DNA from: an uncultured Oscillibacter sp.
Lineage (GTDB): Bacteria > Bacillota > Clostridia > Oscillospirales > Oscillospiraceae
Assembly (NCBI GenBank): GCA_902490355.1
Contig: CABUDN010000001.1
Location: 6,375 to 70,374, forward strand
DNA: 64,000 nucleotides
Direction of reading: 5' to 3'
Below the pieces are notes generated by a model. The model searched no databases. It was not told the origin of the DNA and was given only the letters and a program-made list of their open reading frames with translations. The position numbers and the translations under genes were made by a program. Position 1 is the first letter of the stretch. Each line of letters opens with the position of its first letter. Shown piece by piece: positions 29,893 to 40,346 of the stretch.

Positions 29893-30645
29893 ATGCGGAA
29901 ACAATATGCCCGCTGCATAGTATTGCGGCTTTTGGGGGGATTCAAAATTTATACCTGGCTGTCAAATGCTTTGGAAACAGAATTTGAGCCCGTCCGGCTG
30001 ATCAAAGAAAGTCCCCGGGGCAGTGTGCAGTCCATCCGGCACAAAGCCACGGGGCAGCTTTACATTCTCCGCCGTTTTTCCGGCAACGCAGAGGTCTATG
30101 CCCGTCTGCTGGAGTATACCTGTCCCAACCTGCCCGTCATTTACGAAGTTGCCCAGCAGGATGGGGACAACCTGGTGCTGGAGGAGTTCATCCAAGGGGA
30201 TACTCTGGGCTTTTTGCTCCAGGACGCGCTCTTTTCTCCGGAGGAGACGAAAAAAATCGTCCGGCAGGTCTGCCGGGCGCTGTGGGTGCTGCACTCCATC
30301 GGCGCCGTGCACCGGGATGTCAAGCCGGAAAACATCATCCTCCGCGGGGACAATGCCGTCCTCATTGACTTTGATGCCGCCCGGTTCCACAAGCCGGAAA
30401 ACTCCGCCGACACACAGATTCTGGGCACCACCGGCTTCGCCGCCCCGGAGCAATACGGCCTGTCCCAGTCGGATATCCGCACAGACATCTATGCTCTGGG
30501 CGTCCTCATCAACGTCATGCTCACCGGCGAGCATCCGTCCCGGCATCTGGCCAAGGGACGGATGGGCCGGATCGTGGACCGCTGCACCCATGTCAATCCA
30601 CAGCGGCGGTACAAAAATGTTCTTCGCTTGATGGAGGCACTTTGA
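29893..30645 (+). CDS. Ser/Thr protein kinase (Hanks-type, cytoplasmic); start codon uncertain
   Basis: HRDVKPEN, LIDFD, GTTGFAAPEQYG, DIYALG. Confidence 0.9.
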   Translation: MRKQYARCIVLRLLGGFKIYTWLSNALETEFEPVRLIKESPRGSVQSIRHKATGQLYILRRFSGNAEVYARLLEYTCPNLPVIYEVAQQDGDNLVLEEFIQGDTLGFLLQDALFSPEETKKIVRQVCRALWVLHSIGAVHRDVKPENIILRGDNAVLIDFDAARFHKPENSADTQILGTTGFAAPEQYGLSQSDIRTDIYALGVLINVMLTGEHPSRHLAKGRMGRIVDRCTHVNPQRRYKNVLRLMEAL

Positions 30646-30646
30646 A

Positions 30647-31903
30647 ATGGCTCAACGCATGGTCCCTTGTCCCCATTGTAAAAGCCCTCTGCCGGAACAC
30701 GCTTCCTTTTGCCCCTACTGCGCCCAATCCGTCCGCCCCCGGCGGTCAGTCAAGCCGCCCTCCCATCTGTGGGGCAAGGCCCTGCGCTGGGGCCTGGGCG
30801 TTTGTCTGGCCCTGGCCGCGGTGGCGGCAGTTGTGGTTCCCCGGCTTCCCAAGACCTATGACGCCTACGGCGAAGTCCTCTATACCGACGCCGACGGCAC
30901 CTATCAGCTGCTGCTCTCTACGGTGAGCGACCGGTTCACGCCCATGCCGGAGATTCAGGAAAAGGCGGAGCTGGATATGGAATACCGGATGCCCTCCCGC
31001 CTGTTCATCAATCACGTGGAAACCGGCGTCAACGCCGGCCCCATGTTCATGCAGAAAGTGGCGTTTATCTCCACCGAATTCATCCAGCCGGAGACCTCTC
31101 CTTCCCCCATGGTATGTTCCCAGCCGGAGGCGATGTCGTTTTCTCCTGAGGCCGCCCGGGTTTCCCTGATGGATTATACCGGCCGCAGCGAACCGGCCGA
31201 ACTGGTCTGGACTCTGCGGATGAAAAACCGGGACACGATCCGCCTGCGCCAGAAAATTCAGCTCCAGCCCATCCGCACCTATGATTACTATCCCGAAGAC
31301 TTCCCCATGGAGACCGCCCAGCAGCTGCAGGATCTGGTGGACCGTCTGTCGGAGGAAATTCCACTGCCCGACATCGTCAATCTGCATCTGCCGCCAGTGA
31401 CCTATGAGGGCGGCCTGTTTATCAAAAGCCGCCCCTTCAATCTTTACGGTTCCACAGACCAGCAGGGACATCGCACCACCTTTACCGATACGGTTGCCAT
31501 CCATACCCCAAACGAACCCATTACCTATTTCTATGATCTGGACTTCGTGGGAAACGGGGACAACATAGGGTTATCCTCTCCCTCCCGGCTCTGGGCGGAA
31601 AACTGCACCTTTTCCAACTGGAAAACCGGCGTCATGGGCTACGGAAGCGCCTGGGTCAATGTCATCGGCTGCCGATTTTCCGGCAATCAGGTGGGCTTCC
31701 ACTTCAACAGCACCGGAAACTCTGTTTCCCACACCATGTTCAACGACAATCACTTTGAAGAAAACGCCACGGCTGTCCTGCTGGAAAATGTCCCTACCGA
31801 CGTGACCATGAACTTCCAGAATTCCCGCTTCAGCGGCAACCGGGTGGATATTGATAACCGCTGCGGCCAGCCGCTGGATCTCACCCAAGCGATTTTTGAG
31901 TGA
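30647..31903 (+). CDS. Zinc-ribbon + TM + extracellular beta-helix-like protein, paralog 1
   Basis: CPHC...FCPYC, hydrophobic helix, C-terminal Asn/Gly/Phe repeats (NCTFSN, CRFSGN, SRFSGN). Confidence 0.8.
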   Translation: MAQRMVPCPHCKSPLPEHASFCPYCAQSVRPRRSVKPPSHLWGKALRWGLGVCLALAAVAAVVVPRLPKTYDAYGEVLYTDADGTYQLLLSTVSDRFTPMPEIQEKAELDMEYRMPSRLFINHVETGVNAGPMFMQKVAFISTEFIQPETSPSPMVCSQPEAMSFSPEAARVSLMDYTGRSEPAELVWTLRMKNRDTIRLRQKIQLQPIRTYDYYPEDFPMETAQQLQDLVDRLSEEIPLPDIVNLHLPPVTYEGGLFIKSRPFNLYGSTDQQGHRTTFTDTVAIHTPNEPITYFYDLDFVGNGDNIGLSSPSRLWAENCTFSNWKTGVMGYGSAWVNVIGCRFSGNQVGFHFNSTGNSVSHTMFNDNHFEENATAVLLENVPTDVTMNFQNSRFSGNRVDIDNRCGQPLDLTQAIFE

Positions 31904-31923
31904 GTCTCGAAAGGAGCTTTCTC

Positions 31924-33171
31924 ATGGAACAACGCTGTCCCCATTGCGGCGCCGCCCTGCCCGCAGACGCCTCCTTTTGCCCCTTTTGTGCCCGGGACAT
32001 CCGCTCCCGCAAAACACCCCATATTCCGATTCCCCTGCGAAAAAAAGTCCTCTGCGCCCTGCTGGCGCTGGCAGTGATCCTCGCCGCAGGGATCGGCATA
32101 GCCCGTTCCAACCGTCCGCAGGTCTATGACGCCCAGGGGGAAGTCTTCTACACCGACGGCGGCGTTACCTATCAGCTGGTGCTGGCCTGGGCAGAATCCC
32201 CCAACGTTCCCGCTTCGGAAATCTATATGAGCCAGGAGCTGGGCGGCGATTTTACCTGGCCCTCCCGATGGTTTGTCAACTATCAGGACTCCGGCGCCAA
32301 CGCCTGGGCCGAATTTGAGGAAAAAGTGGATTATGTCACCACGGAAATCCGCCTGGGTGAGCTGGGCGCCTGCCCTATGGAGGCCTCCCAGCCTGCTCAT
32401 GACGACTATTCCCCCACTGCCGCCATGGTCTCCTACATTCACTTTACCTGCGGCACCGACACCAACCAGGTGGTCTGGTCCATCCACATGAAAAACGGAG
32501 ATGTGATCCGGCTGCGCCAGGACCTCGTCATCACCGCCACCCGGACTCTGGACTACCGGTATCAGGACTATCCCATGCAAACCATAGAAGAGCTGGAGAC
32601 CCTGATGGACGAGATCGAACAGGAGGTCTCTCCCGACGATACGGTAAATCTCTATCTGCCGCCTGTAACCTATTCGGAACCTCTGGTTCTGGACCAGAGG
32701 AAATACGATCTCTACGGATGTACAGACGGCACCGGACGCACGGTCTTTACCCAGGGAATTCAGCTGCGCTACGGATCCGGAGCCATCTCCTTCCTGCGTG
32801 ATCTGGATCTTACGGGCACCGGTTCGGAGGTGGGAATCTCCGCCGCTTCCCGGGTCTGGGCCGAGCGCTGCAGCTTTACCAATCTGAAAACCGGCATGCT
32901 GATTTACGGCGAGGGCTGGGGAAATCTCTCCGAATGCCGCCTGACGGATAACCAGATTGGTCTCCATTTCAACAGCACCGGACAAAGCGTCTCCGACCGG
33001 GACTTTGAAAACAACCGGTTCGAGGGCAACGCCACCGCCATTTTGCTGGAAAACGTCCCCACGGATGTCACCATGGACTTCCCCGGCACGGTGTTTACCG
33101 GCAACGACATCGATATTGATAACCGCTGCAATCAGTCTTTGGATCTCTCAGGGACCACCTTTGACTCTTGA
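31924..33171 (+). CDS. Zinc-ribbon + TM + extracellular beta-helix-like protein, paralog 2
   Basis: CPHC...FCPFC; shares LPPVTY, LLENVPTDVTM, DIDNRC with paralog 1; AAGGAG RBS. Confidence 0.8.
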   Translation: MEQRCPHCGAALPADASFCPFCARDIRSRKTPHIPIPLRKKVLCALLALAVILAAGIGIARSNRPQVYDAQGEVFYTDGGVTYQLVLAWAESPNVPASEIYMSQELGGDFTWPSRWFVNYQDSGANAWAEFEEKVDYVTTEIRLGELGACPMEASQPAHDDYSPTAAMVSYIHFTCGTDTNQVVWSIHMKNGDVIRLRQDLVITATRTLDYRYQDYPMQTIEELETLMDEIEQEVSPDDTVNLYLPPVTYSEPLVLDQRKYDLYGCTDGTGRTVFTQGIQLRYGSGAISFLRDLDLTGTGSEVGISAASRVWAERCSFTNLKTGMLIYGEGWGNLSECRLTDNQIGLHFNSTGQSVSDRDFENNRFEGNATAILLENVPTDVTMDFPGTVFTGNDIDIDNRCNQSLDLSGTTFDS

Positions 33172-33177
33172 ACGCGG

Positions 33178-33213
33178 CAGCGCCGGGCGGATCATCCGCC
33201 CGGCGCTGTTTTG
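33178..33213 (+). terminator. Intrinsic terminator
   Basis: CAGCGCCGGGCGGAT-c-ATCCGCCCGGCGCTG-TTTT. Confidence 0.8.
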
Positions 33214-33329
33214 ATGAACAGATTCCTTTTCCGGATGCTCTGCGTTCTCCAGCCTGCCGCACCCGCGATAAACGCCCCGCACGTTCGCTTTGTACAAACC
33301 AAGCGGACATGCGGGGTGTTTTCTTTTTC

Positions 33330-34127
33330 TCAAAGATTCTTAAATCCATTCAGGGAAAACACTTCATCCAGGCTCTCATCCGTCGTGGAGAGAATGTTTT
33401 CGATCTTCTGCACCGACACCGGCAAGGCTTTTGCCGCCGTCATCGCCTTTTCCGGATTTACCCGGAACGACGGCAGAATCACCCCCAGCGCGGCGACCAC
33501 CCGATCCTGCACCCGAATGGGAGATGCCACACACTGGATTCCCGGCTCTACCTCACCGTATTCATAGGCCAGGTTTGTGATGCGGGTCTCTTCCATTTGA
33601 ATATGTGCCCGATAGAGGTTGAGCTGGGGCGGCAGCCGGCCGCCGTCTTTAAAAAACAGCTCCGTCAGCTCATCGAGCTTGTAGTCGCAAAGCAGGCACT
33701 TTCCCACTGCGCCCAGGCAGGCCAGTTCCGTTTGTCCCGGTGATTTGTGGCAGCTGATGGCGTCCGGCGCATCGGTTCTGTGGAGGAAGAGCACATGATC
33801 TCCCTCCAGCGTCCCCAGGCAGCATGCTTCGTCCGTACGGTGGGTCAGCTGCCGCATCTCCAGGTCAATAAATTTGTTGATGGAAATTTTATTGTGATAT
33901 ATCGAGCCGGCGCAAAATAAATTGATGCCGATCGTATAACGATTGGTCCGGTAATCCAGATCGATATAGTTCCGCGCAGCCATGGTCTGCAAAATCGGCA
34001 GGATGCTGCTTTTGGGCGATTGAAGCGCCTGCGCAATTTCCGTGAGGGTAAACCCCTCCATGGTGGTGGAAAGCAGGTCGAAAATGTCCAGCACGCGCGA
34101 TGTGGAACGGTGCGGCGTCTGCGCCAT
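33330..34127 (-). CDS. IclR family transcriptional regulator
   Basis: RVLDIFDLL...TLTEIAQAL..PKSS HTH; AVGK; GIQCVASPI. Confidence 0.93.
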   Translation of the reverse strand: MAQTPHRSTSRVLDIFDLLSTTMEGFTLTEIAQALQSPKSSILPILQTMAARNYIDLDYRTNRYTIGINLFCAGSIYHNKISINKFIDLEMRQLTHRTDEACCLGTLEGDHVLFLHRTDAPDAISCHKSPGQTELACLGAVGKCLLCDYKLDELTELFFKDGGRLPPQLNLYRAHIQMEETRITNLAYEYGEVEPGIQCVASPIRVQDRVVAALGVILPSFRVNPEKAMTAAKALPVSVQKIENILSTTDESLDEVFSLNGFKNL

Positions 34128-34236
34128 AAAAATCCCCTCCTCGCTGAAAATGAGAAGTTGCTGCCCTTAGGATAACACAAAGTGTCTAAAGCGGCAACCG
34201 ATTTTTGCCATTTTTGACAAATTTGCTCAAACCCGG

Positions 34237-34306
34237 TTGACATTTTTTGTTGTATATATAAAATGAAAGTACGTACTTATATACGAATCAGTTCGTATAT
34301 AAGTAC
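34237..34306 (+). promoter_or_regulatory. Sigma70 promoter followed by a perfect 15-bp inverted repeat (likely IclR operator)
   Basis: TTGACA-16 nt-TAAAAT; GTACTTATATACGAA-tcag-TTCGTATATAAGTAC at 34273-34306. Confidence 0.7.
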
Positions 34307-34335
34307 AACAGGCTTCAAAACAAGGAGGTTTTCCC

Positions 34336-35415
34336 ATGAAGGAGCTTCGCTTCGCCGTGCTGGGTGCCGGCGCCGGCGGCCAGACCATGGCGGCATTTCT
34401 TGCGGAAAAGGGCTACCCCGTTCGCCTGTACGACCACAATCTTACCCGGATCCAGCAGCTGCAAACACTCAGGACCATCCGCGTTACCGGAAAATGGACC
34501 TGTCAGGGAACACCGGAGCAAATTACCGCCTCCCTGCCGCAGGCGCTGGAAGGTGCAGACATCATCCTGGTGGTCACCACCACCGATGCCCACGGCGCCA
34601 TCGCCCGTCAGTGCGCGCCATATCTGCGGGACGGACAAATCATCCTGCTCAACCCCGGGCACGTCGGCGGCGCGCTGGAGGTCCGGCATATTCTTCAGGA
34701 GGAGCTTGCCTGTCCCGCCCGCGTGATCATTGCTGAAACCGGAGACCTGATGTATGCCTGCCGAATGGTGCAGGAAGGAGAGATTTTCCAATCCGGCATC
34801 AAGCAGCATGTGGCCGTGGCCGCACTTCCCGCTTCCCACACGCCCCGCCTGATGGAAGTCCTGGGACCGATTTTCCCCTGTCTTCATCCCGTGGACAGCA
34901 TTTTAGAAACGGGCTTCGAGGGCGGCGGCGCCATGCTCCACCCCATCCCCAGCCTGATGAATCTCAACCGCACGGACCGCGCCCAGGGCTATGACTACTA
35001 CATAGACGGCATCACACCCAGCATCGCCCGCCTGGTCAGCGCCTGCGACTGTGAGCGGCTGGCCGTATGCCGGGCACTGGGACTGGAAGTGCCCTCCCTG
35101 GTTGCCTCCCTGCAGAAAACCTATGGTCTGGAGCAGACGGATCTTTACGACCTGCTTCAGCACAACGCAGCCTACCGGGGACTCAAGAGTCCCATGAATC
35201 TGGAGCACCGCTTCATCGTGGAGGATCTGCTCTGCGGCATTGTGCCGCTGGCCTCCATCGGCGCGGAGCTGGGCGTGGAAACGCCGATCATGAATGCATT
35301 TATCGAAATCGGCACCGTCGTCTGCGGCCGGGATTTCCGCGCACAGGGACGGACCGCAGAAAAATTGGGATTATCCGGGAAGACGCCGGAACAAATTCAG
35401 GCACTGATCCGCTAA
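34336..35415 (+). CDS. NAD/NADP-dependent opine (octopine/nopaline) dehydrogenase family protein
   Basis: GAGAGG, LNPG, YACR, LHP, HRFIVED, GRT..KLGL. Confidence 0.9.
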   Translation: MKELRFAVLGAGAGGQTMAAFLAEKGYPVRLYDHNLTRIQQLQTLRTIRVTGKWTCQGTPEQITASLPQALEGADIILVVTTTDAHGAIARQCAPYLRDGQIILLNPGHVGGALEVRHILQEELACPARVIIAETGDLMYACRMVQEGEIFQSGIKQHVAVAALPASHTPRLMEVLGPIFPCLHPVDSILETGFEGGGAMLHPIPSLMNLNRTDRAQGYDYYIDGITPSIARLVSACDCERLAVCRALGLEVPSLVASLQKTYGLEQTDLYDLLQHNAAYRGLKSPMNLEHRFIVEDLLCGIVPLASIGAELGVETPIMNAFIEIGTVVCGRDFRAQGRTAEKLGLSGKTPEQIQALIR

Positions 35416-35495
35416 ACGTGTTCATTCCAGCAGTGTCAACAGATCCTGCTGAGTGAAAATACCAAGAGGAACAACAAAAAATGGAGGTTGACGAC

Positions 35496-36530
35496 ATGAA
35501 GAAGTTCTTATCCCTGCTTCTGGCCATGGCCATGACCCTCTCTCTGGCAGCCTGCGGCGGCAGTCCCGCTCAGGACACCCCCTCTAGCGAAGAGCCTGCG
35601 GATGATACCCAGCAAACGGAAGAGACCAGCGGAATCGATGCCAGTGCCCTCTATGCCATCGGCGGCGGCGCCACCGGCGGCACCTTCAACGCAATGGGCA
35701 ACCTCTTTGTTCAGTTCTTTAACGACGCGGAGCGTTTCGGACAATTCTCCTCTACCGCAACCACCGGCGGCGTCCAGAATGTCATCTTTATGGAAAACGG
35801 CACCACGGACTTCGGCATCATCGGCCAGAGCGTATTCGTGCAGGCCGTTGACGGAACCGATTCCTTCGAGGAAACCGGTCCGGACGATAACCTGGTGATT
35901 ATTGCCCCCCTGTACAGCGCCATTTTCCAGCAGTTCGTATCCAAGGATATCAAGTCGGAAGCCGATCTCAAGGGCAAGAAGCTCATTGTCGGCGGCCCCG
36001 GCTCCGGCGACCTGGCCATTGCGGAGGCTCTGTACGCCGCCATGGGCATGACGTTTGAGGACTTTGAGCCTCTGTATCTGGGCAGTACCGAAGGCGCCGA
36101 GACCATGAAGGACGGCCACGCTGACGGCGCCATCGCCCTGACCCAGCTTCCCTTCTCCACCTTCGTGGAGCTGACCAACGCCGACAAGGCGTATCTGATC
36201 CCCCTGGAGCAGGATACCATCGACGCCATGTGCGAGCCCGGCGATCACTCCTATCCTTCCTACTATCCCGCTGTGATCCCTGCCGACACCTATAAGAATC
36301 AGACCGAGGAGCTGCCCACCTTCGCAACCGGCACCTATCTGTGCTGCCGCGCGGACCTGAGCGAAGAGCTGATTTATGAGATGACCAAGTACATGTGGGA
36401 AAACATCGAGCGCCTCAACACCCTCCATGCCGCCGTGGCGGATCTGACCATCGACGCGGTGAAGGACATCGAGGGCATGCCCATCCATCCCGGTGCCCTG
36501 AAGTATTATCAGGAGCAGGGCGTCCTGTAA
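35496..36530 (+). CDS. TAXI-family TRAP transporter solute-binding lipoprotein
   Basis: Lipobox LAAC; GGTF, TTGGVQN, GPGSG, PIHPGALKYY. Confidence 0.92.
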   Translation: MKKFLSLLLAMAMTLSLAACGGSPAQDTPSSEEPADDTQQTEETSGIDASALYAIGGGATGGTFNAMGNLFVQFFNDAERFGQFSSTATTGGVQNVIFMENGTTDFGIIGQSVFVQAVDGTDSFEETGPDDNLVIIAPLYSAIFQQFVSKDIKSEADLKGKKLIVGGPGSGDLAIAEALYAAMGMTFEDFEPLYLGSTEGAETMKDGHADGAIALTQLPFSTFVELTNADKAYLIPLEQDTIDAMCEPGDHSYPSYYPAVIPADTYKNQTEELPTFATGTYLCCRADLSEELIYEMTKYMWENIERLNTLHAAVADLTIDAVKDIEGMPIHPGALKYYQEQGVL

Positions 36531-36599
36531 GGGTCTGCGGGTGCCGGTCCCGGAGGAACAGCCGGACCGGCACCCTCCACAACGGAAGGAGGATTTCGT

Positions 36600-38591
36600 G
36601 TGAAGCTATTTTCAAAGAAACCGGCGGAAGCCAAGAGCAGCGCTTCCAGTGCCGCCAGCACAGAACCCCTCAGCGCAGAGCGGGCAGACGAAATCCTGCG
36701 GGAATACTCCCCGGAGGATAACGAGCGCCAACTGACCAAATGGGTCGCCCGCGTGGTCAACGTGTTTTCCCTGTTCATTTCCCTGTTTCTGGTCTACACG
36801 GCGGCGTTCGGCCAGCTGCCGGCCATGCAGCAGCGGTCGCTGTACCTGCTGTGCGCCATGGTGATTTTGTTTTTGGTCTATCCCGCGTTCAGCAAGCACA
36901 GCAAAAAGGGCGTGGCATGGTATGACTATCTGTTTGCCGCCGCCTCTTTCGGATGCTGTTTGTATGCGTTTGTCAACTACGAGGCCATTTTGCTTCGCTT
37001 CGGCATTTCCAATTCCACCGATCAGTTCGTATTTGTGATTCTGGCCGTACTGGTTCTGGAAGGAACCCGGCGGCTGGTCAGTCCCGCGCTGTCCCTGATT
37101 ACGGTCATTTTCCTGGTCTATGCCTACTTCGGCGATCTCATGCCGGGCATGTTCCAAACCAAGGCCGGCGGCTTGGCCCGCATGGCCGATCACATGTTCA
37201 TGATTCCCGAGGGCATCTTCGGAAGCCCCCTGGGCACTGCCGCTACATACGTGTCACTGTTCGTCCTCTTCAGCTCTCTGCTGCAGGGATGCGGCATGGG
37301 TGATTTCATTCAGGATGTCGCCCTGGGCCTGACGGGACGCTCCACCGGCGGCCCGGCCAAGGTGGCCGTCATCTCCAGTGCCGCGTTCGGCACCATCTCC
37401 GGCGCCGCCGCGGCCAACGTGGTGGGCACCGGCACCTTTACCATTCCCCTGATGAAAAAGTGCGGCTATCCCCCGGAGTTCGCCGGCGCTGTGGAAGCCT
37501 GCGCCTCCACCGGCGGGCAGCTGATTCCCCCCGTCATGGGCGCCGCCTGCTTCATTATGGCCGAGTACATCGGCGTTCCTTACTCGAAAATTATGCTGGC
37601 AGGCCTGGTGCCGGGCTTTTTGTATTACATGAGCGTTTTCGTCACCGTGCATCTGCGCAGCAAGAAGCTGGGACTCAACGGCATGCCCAAGGAGCAGCTG
37701 CCCAGCGTCCGGGCTGCCATGAAGAGCCGGGGCCATCTGCTGATTCCCTTTGCCGCGGTGATCTATCTCATCATCCGCCAGTACACCATCTCCTTTGCCG
37801 CCCTGGTCGGCATCATTCTGGTGCTGCTGGTCTCCCCGCTGAAGAAGGAAACCCGCATGTCCTGGAAGCAGATTGCCACCGCCTTCGTGGACGGCGGCAA
37901 GAAAACCGTCTCCTTCGGCGTCTCCTGCGCCTGCGTGGGCATGATCATCGGCGTGACCACTCTGACCGGCGTGGGCAACGTTCTGGGCAACTATATTCTG
38001 GACATCTCCCAGGGAAATCTGTTCCTGACCCTGATTCTGGTCATGATCATGTCCATCATCATGGGCATGGGCATGCCCACGGTCGCCGTATATATCGTGC
38101 AGGCTACCGTCACTGCCCCCGTACTGGTGGAGCTGGGAATTCCCACCCTCACCGCCCACTTCTTCTGCTTCTACTTCGGCATCATCGCCTGCATCACGCC
38201 TCCCGTGGCCGTTCCGTCCTACGCCGCAGCGGCAATCGCGGGCAGCAACCCCTCTTCCACCGGCTGGGCCGCCTTCAAGATGGCCATCCCCGCCTTCCTG
38301 ATTCCCTTTGTGTTTGTCTATGAGCCGGGCATGCTGCTCAACGGCGGCAGCACCGTCAATTCCGTCATCTGCATCTTCACCAGCATCGTCGGCTGCTTCC
38401 TGGTGGCCGCCGGTATGGAGGGCTGGGTGGTCCGTCCCCTGATCAAGTGGAAGCGGATTCTTGCCGTAGCAGGCGGACTCTGCTGCATTATCCCGGAGCA
38501 TATCACAGATCTCATCGGTGTAGCGGTACTGGTCTTCCTGGTCGTATCGGAATGCCGCGCAAAAAAACTGGAACAGCCTGCCGTTTCATAA
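36600..38591 (+). CDS. TRAP transporter fused permease (4TM/12TM)
   Basis: GGPAKVAV, ASTGGQLIPPVMG, GMGMPT, ITPPVA. Confidence 0.93.
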   Translation: MKLFSKKPAEAKSSASSAASTEPLSAERADEILREYSPEDNERQLTKWVARVVNVFSLFISLFLVYTAAFGQLPAMQQRSLYLLCAMVILFLVYPAFSKHSKKGVAWYDYLFAAASFGCCLYAFVNYEAILLRFGISNSTDQFVFVILAVLVLEGTRRLVSPALSLITVIFLVYAYFGDLMPGMFQTKAGGLARMADHMFMIPEGIFGSPLGTAATYVSLFVLFSSLLQGCGMGDFIQDVALGLTGRSTGGPAKVAVISSAAFGTISGAAAANVVGTGTFTIPLMKKCGYPPEFAGAVEACASTGGQLIPPVMGAACFIMAEYIGVPYSKIMLAGLVPGFLYYMSVFVTVHLRSKKLGLNGMPKEQLPSVRAAMKSRGHLLIPFAAVIYLIIRQYTISFAALVGIILVLLVSPLKKETRMSWKQIATAFVDGGKKTVSFGVSCACVGMIIGVTTLTGVGNVLGNYILDISQGNLFLTLILVMIMSIIMGMGMPTVAVYIVQATVTAPVLVELGIPTLTAHFFCFYFGIIACITPPVAVPSYAAAAIAGSNPSSTGWAAFKMAIPAFLIPFVFVYEPGMLLNGGSTVNSVICIFTSIVGCFLVAAGMEGWVVRPLIKWKRILAVAGGLCCIIPEHITDLIGVAVLVFLVVSECRAKKLEQPAVS

Positions 38592-38611
38592 AGAAAGGAT
38601 GAAGACGCTCT

Positions 38612-40285
38612 ATGAGTGACATCAAGAGAAAAATCAACAGCGACCTGGACGACCGCATGACCCTGGACTGGCAGGGAACCCGCGCATTCTTCTATGGCCT
38701 GGGCTATAACGACGCCGACATTGAAAAACCCCGGGTGGGCATTATGAACACCTGGAACGAGATCAACCCCGGCCACATCCATCAGCGCCACCTGGCCGAC
38801 GCCGTCCGGGAGGGCATCATCGAACGCGGCGGACTTCCCTTCCTGTTTTACGGCGTCAACCTGTGCGACTGCGTGGGCGGCGGCGATTACGTGCTGCCCT
38901 CCCGGGACCTGCTGGTCAACGAGATCGAGCTCAATGCCAAGGCCCATCACCTGGACGCCATGGTTCTCATCGGCACCTGCGACAAAGTGGTTCCCGCCAT
39001 GCTGATGGCGGCCGGCCGGGTGAACATCCCCACCGTCATCGTCACCGGCGGCTACATGAAAACCCCCGTCATGGACGGAGAATATGTGGACTTCATCGAC
39101 ATCGGCGCCAGCATCTCCAAGGTGAAGGAAGGCAAGATGACGCCGGAAAAATTTGAGGAGCTGATTCATACCTGCGCGCCGTGCAGCGGTGCCTGCGGCA
39201 TGATGGGGACCGCCAACACCATGAGCCTGCTGACGGAGACCATCGGCATGTCCCTGCCCGGCAACGCCACCATGGCCGCCGTGTCCGGCGAGCTCATCAA
39301 CCTCAGCCGGGAAGCCGGACGGAAGGTGATGGAGCTGTGGGAGAAAAACATCTGCCCCCGGGATATCATTACGGAATCCGCCATTACCAATGCCATCCGG
39401 GTCTGCATGGCCATCGGCGGCTCCTCCAACACCATCATCCACATTCCGGCCGTGGCCACGGAGGCCTGCCTGGACATGGACTGCAGCAGCATCTACGCCG
39501 AAGCCAGCTGCGAGGTGCCCCTGCTGATCGGCATCCGTCCCAACGGCAAATGCTGCATGGCGGACTTCGAGGCCGCCGGCGGCCTGAGCGCCCTGCTCAA
39601 CGAGCTGACCGGCAAGCTGGACCTGACGGGCATGACCGTCACCGGCAAAACTCTGGGCGAAAACATTCAGGGCTGCGTCAACCGCAATCCCAACGTCATT
39701 CACTCCCTGGCTCAGCCTCTGGACAGCGACGGCGGCCTGATTTTGTGCAAGGGCAACCTGGTGCCTCAGGGCGCCTTCATCAAGCAGTCCGCGGTCCCTG
39801 CCAAGCTGCACAAGTTCCGCGGCACCGCCAAGGTCTTTTACGATCAGGATGAAGCCATTGCCGCTTTGCGGGACGGCCGCATCGAAGCGGGCAATGTGGT
39901 CTTTATCCTCTATCAGGGCGTCAAAGCCGGTCCGCATACCTCGTATGCCTTTACCACCGCCCTCAAGGGCAGCCACCTCAAAGACGACGTCGCCACCGTC
40001 ACCGACGGGCGGCTCTCCGGCGCGGCATCCGGCGCGTGCTTTGGCTACGCCTCTCCCGAGGCCGCCCTGCGCGGCCCGCTGTGCGCCGTCCGGGACGGCG
40101 ACTGGGTCCACTACGACATTGAAAAGCGGGAGCTGACCATTGAGCTTTCCGACGAGGAGCTCCAGCGCCGCATGGCCGAGGCCGAGCTCCGTCTGGAACC
40201 CAAGACCGGCTGGCTGTCCATCTATCAGCGCTGCGTGGGCTCCATTTTGAAGGGCGCCACGCTCATCGAGGATCATCGGGCCTGA
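38612..40285 (+). CDS. IlvD/Edd-family dehydratase
   Basis: CDKVVP, CGMMGTANTM, GGSSN, TDGRLSGA; catabolic context. Confidence 0.9.
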   Translation: MSDIKRKINSDLDDRMTLDWQGTRAFFYGLGYNDADIEKPRVGIMNTWNEINPGHIHQRHLADAVREGIIERGGLPFLFYGVNLCDCVGGGDYVLPSRDLLVNEIELNAKAHHLDAMVLIGTCDKVVPAMLMAAGRVNIPTVIVTGGYMKTPVMDGEYVDFIDIGASISKVKEGKMTPEKFEELIHTCAPCSGACGMMGTANTMSLLTETIGMSLPGNATMAAVSGELINLSREAGRKVMELWEKNICPRDIITESAITNAIRVCMAIGGSSNTIIHIPAVATEACLDMDCSSIYAEASCEVPLLIGIRPNGKCCMADFEAAGGLSALLNELTGKLDLTGMTVTGKTLGENIQGCVNRNPNVIHSLAQPLDSDGGLILCKGNLVPQGAFIKQSAVPAKLHKFRGTAKVFYDQDEAIAALRDGRIEAGNVVFILYQGVKAGPHTSYAFTTALKGSHLKDDVATVTDGRLSGAASGACFGYASPEAALRGPLCAVRDGDWVHYDIEKRELTIELSDEELQRRMAEAELRLEPKTGWLSIYQRCVGSILKGATLIEDHRA

Positions 40286-40346
40286 CAGCCCGGATTGACA
40301 GGCCCTGTCCGCGGGACAGGGCCTGCCGGAATCAGGAGGTATTTGT

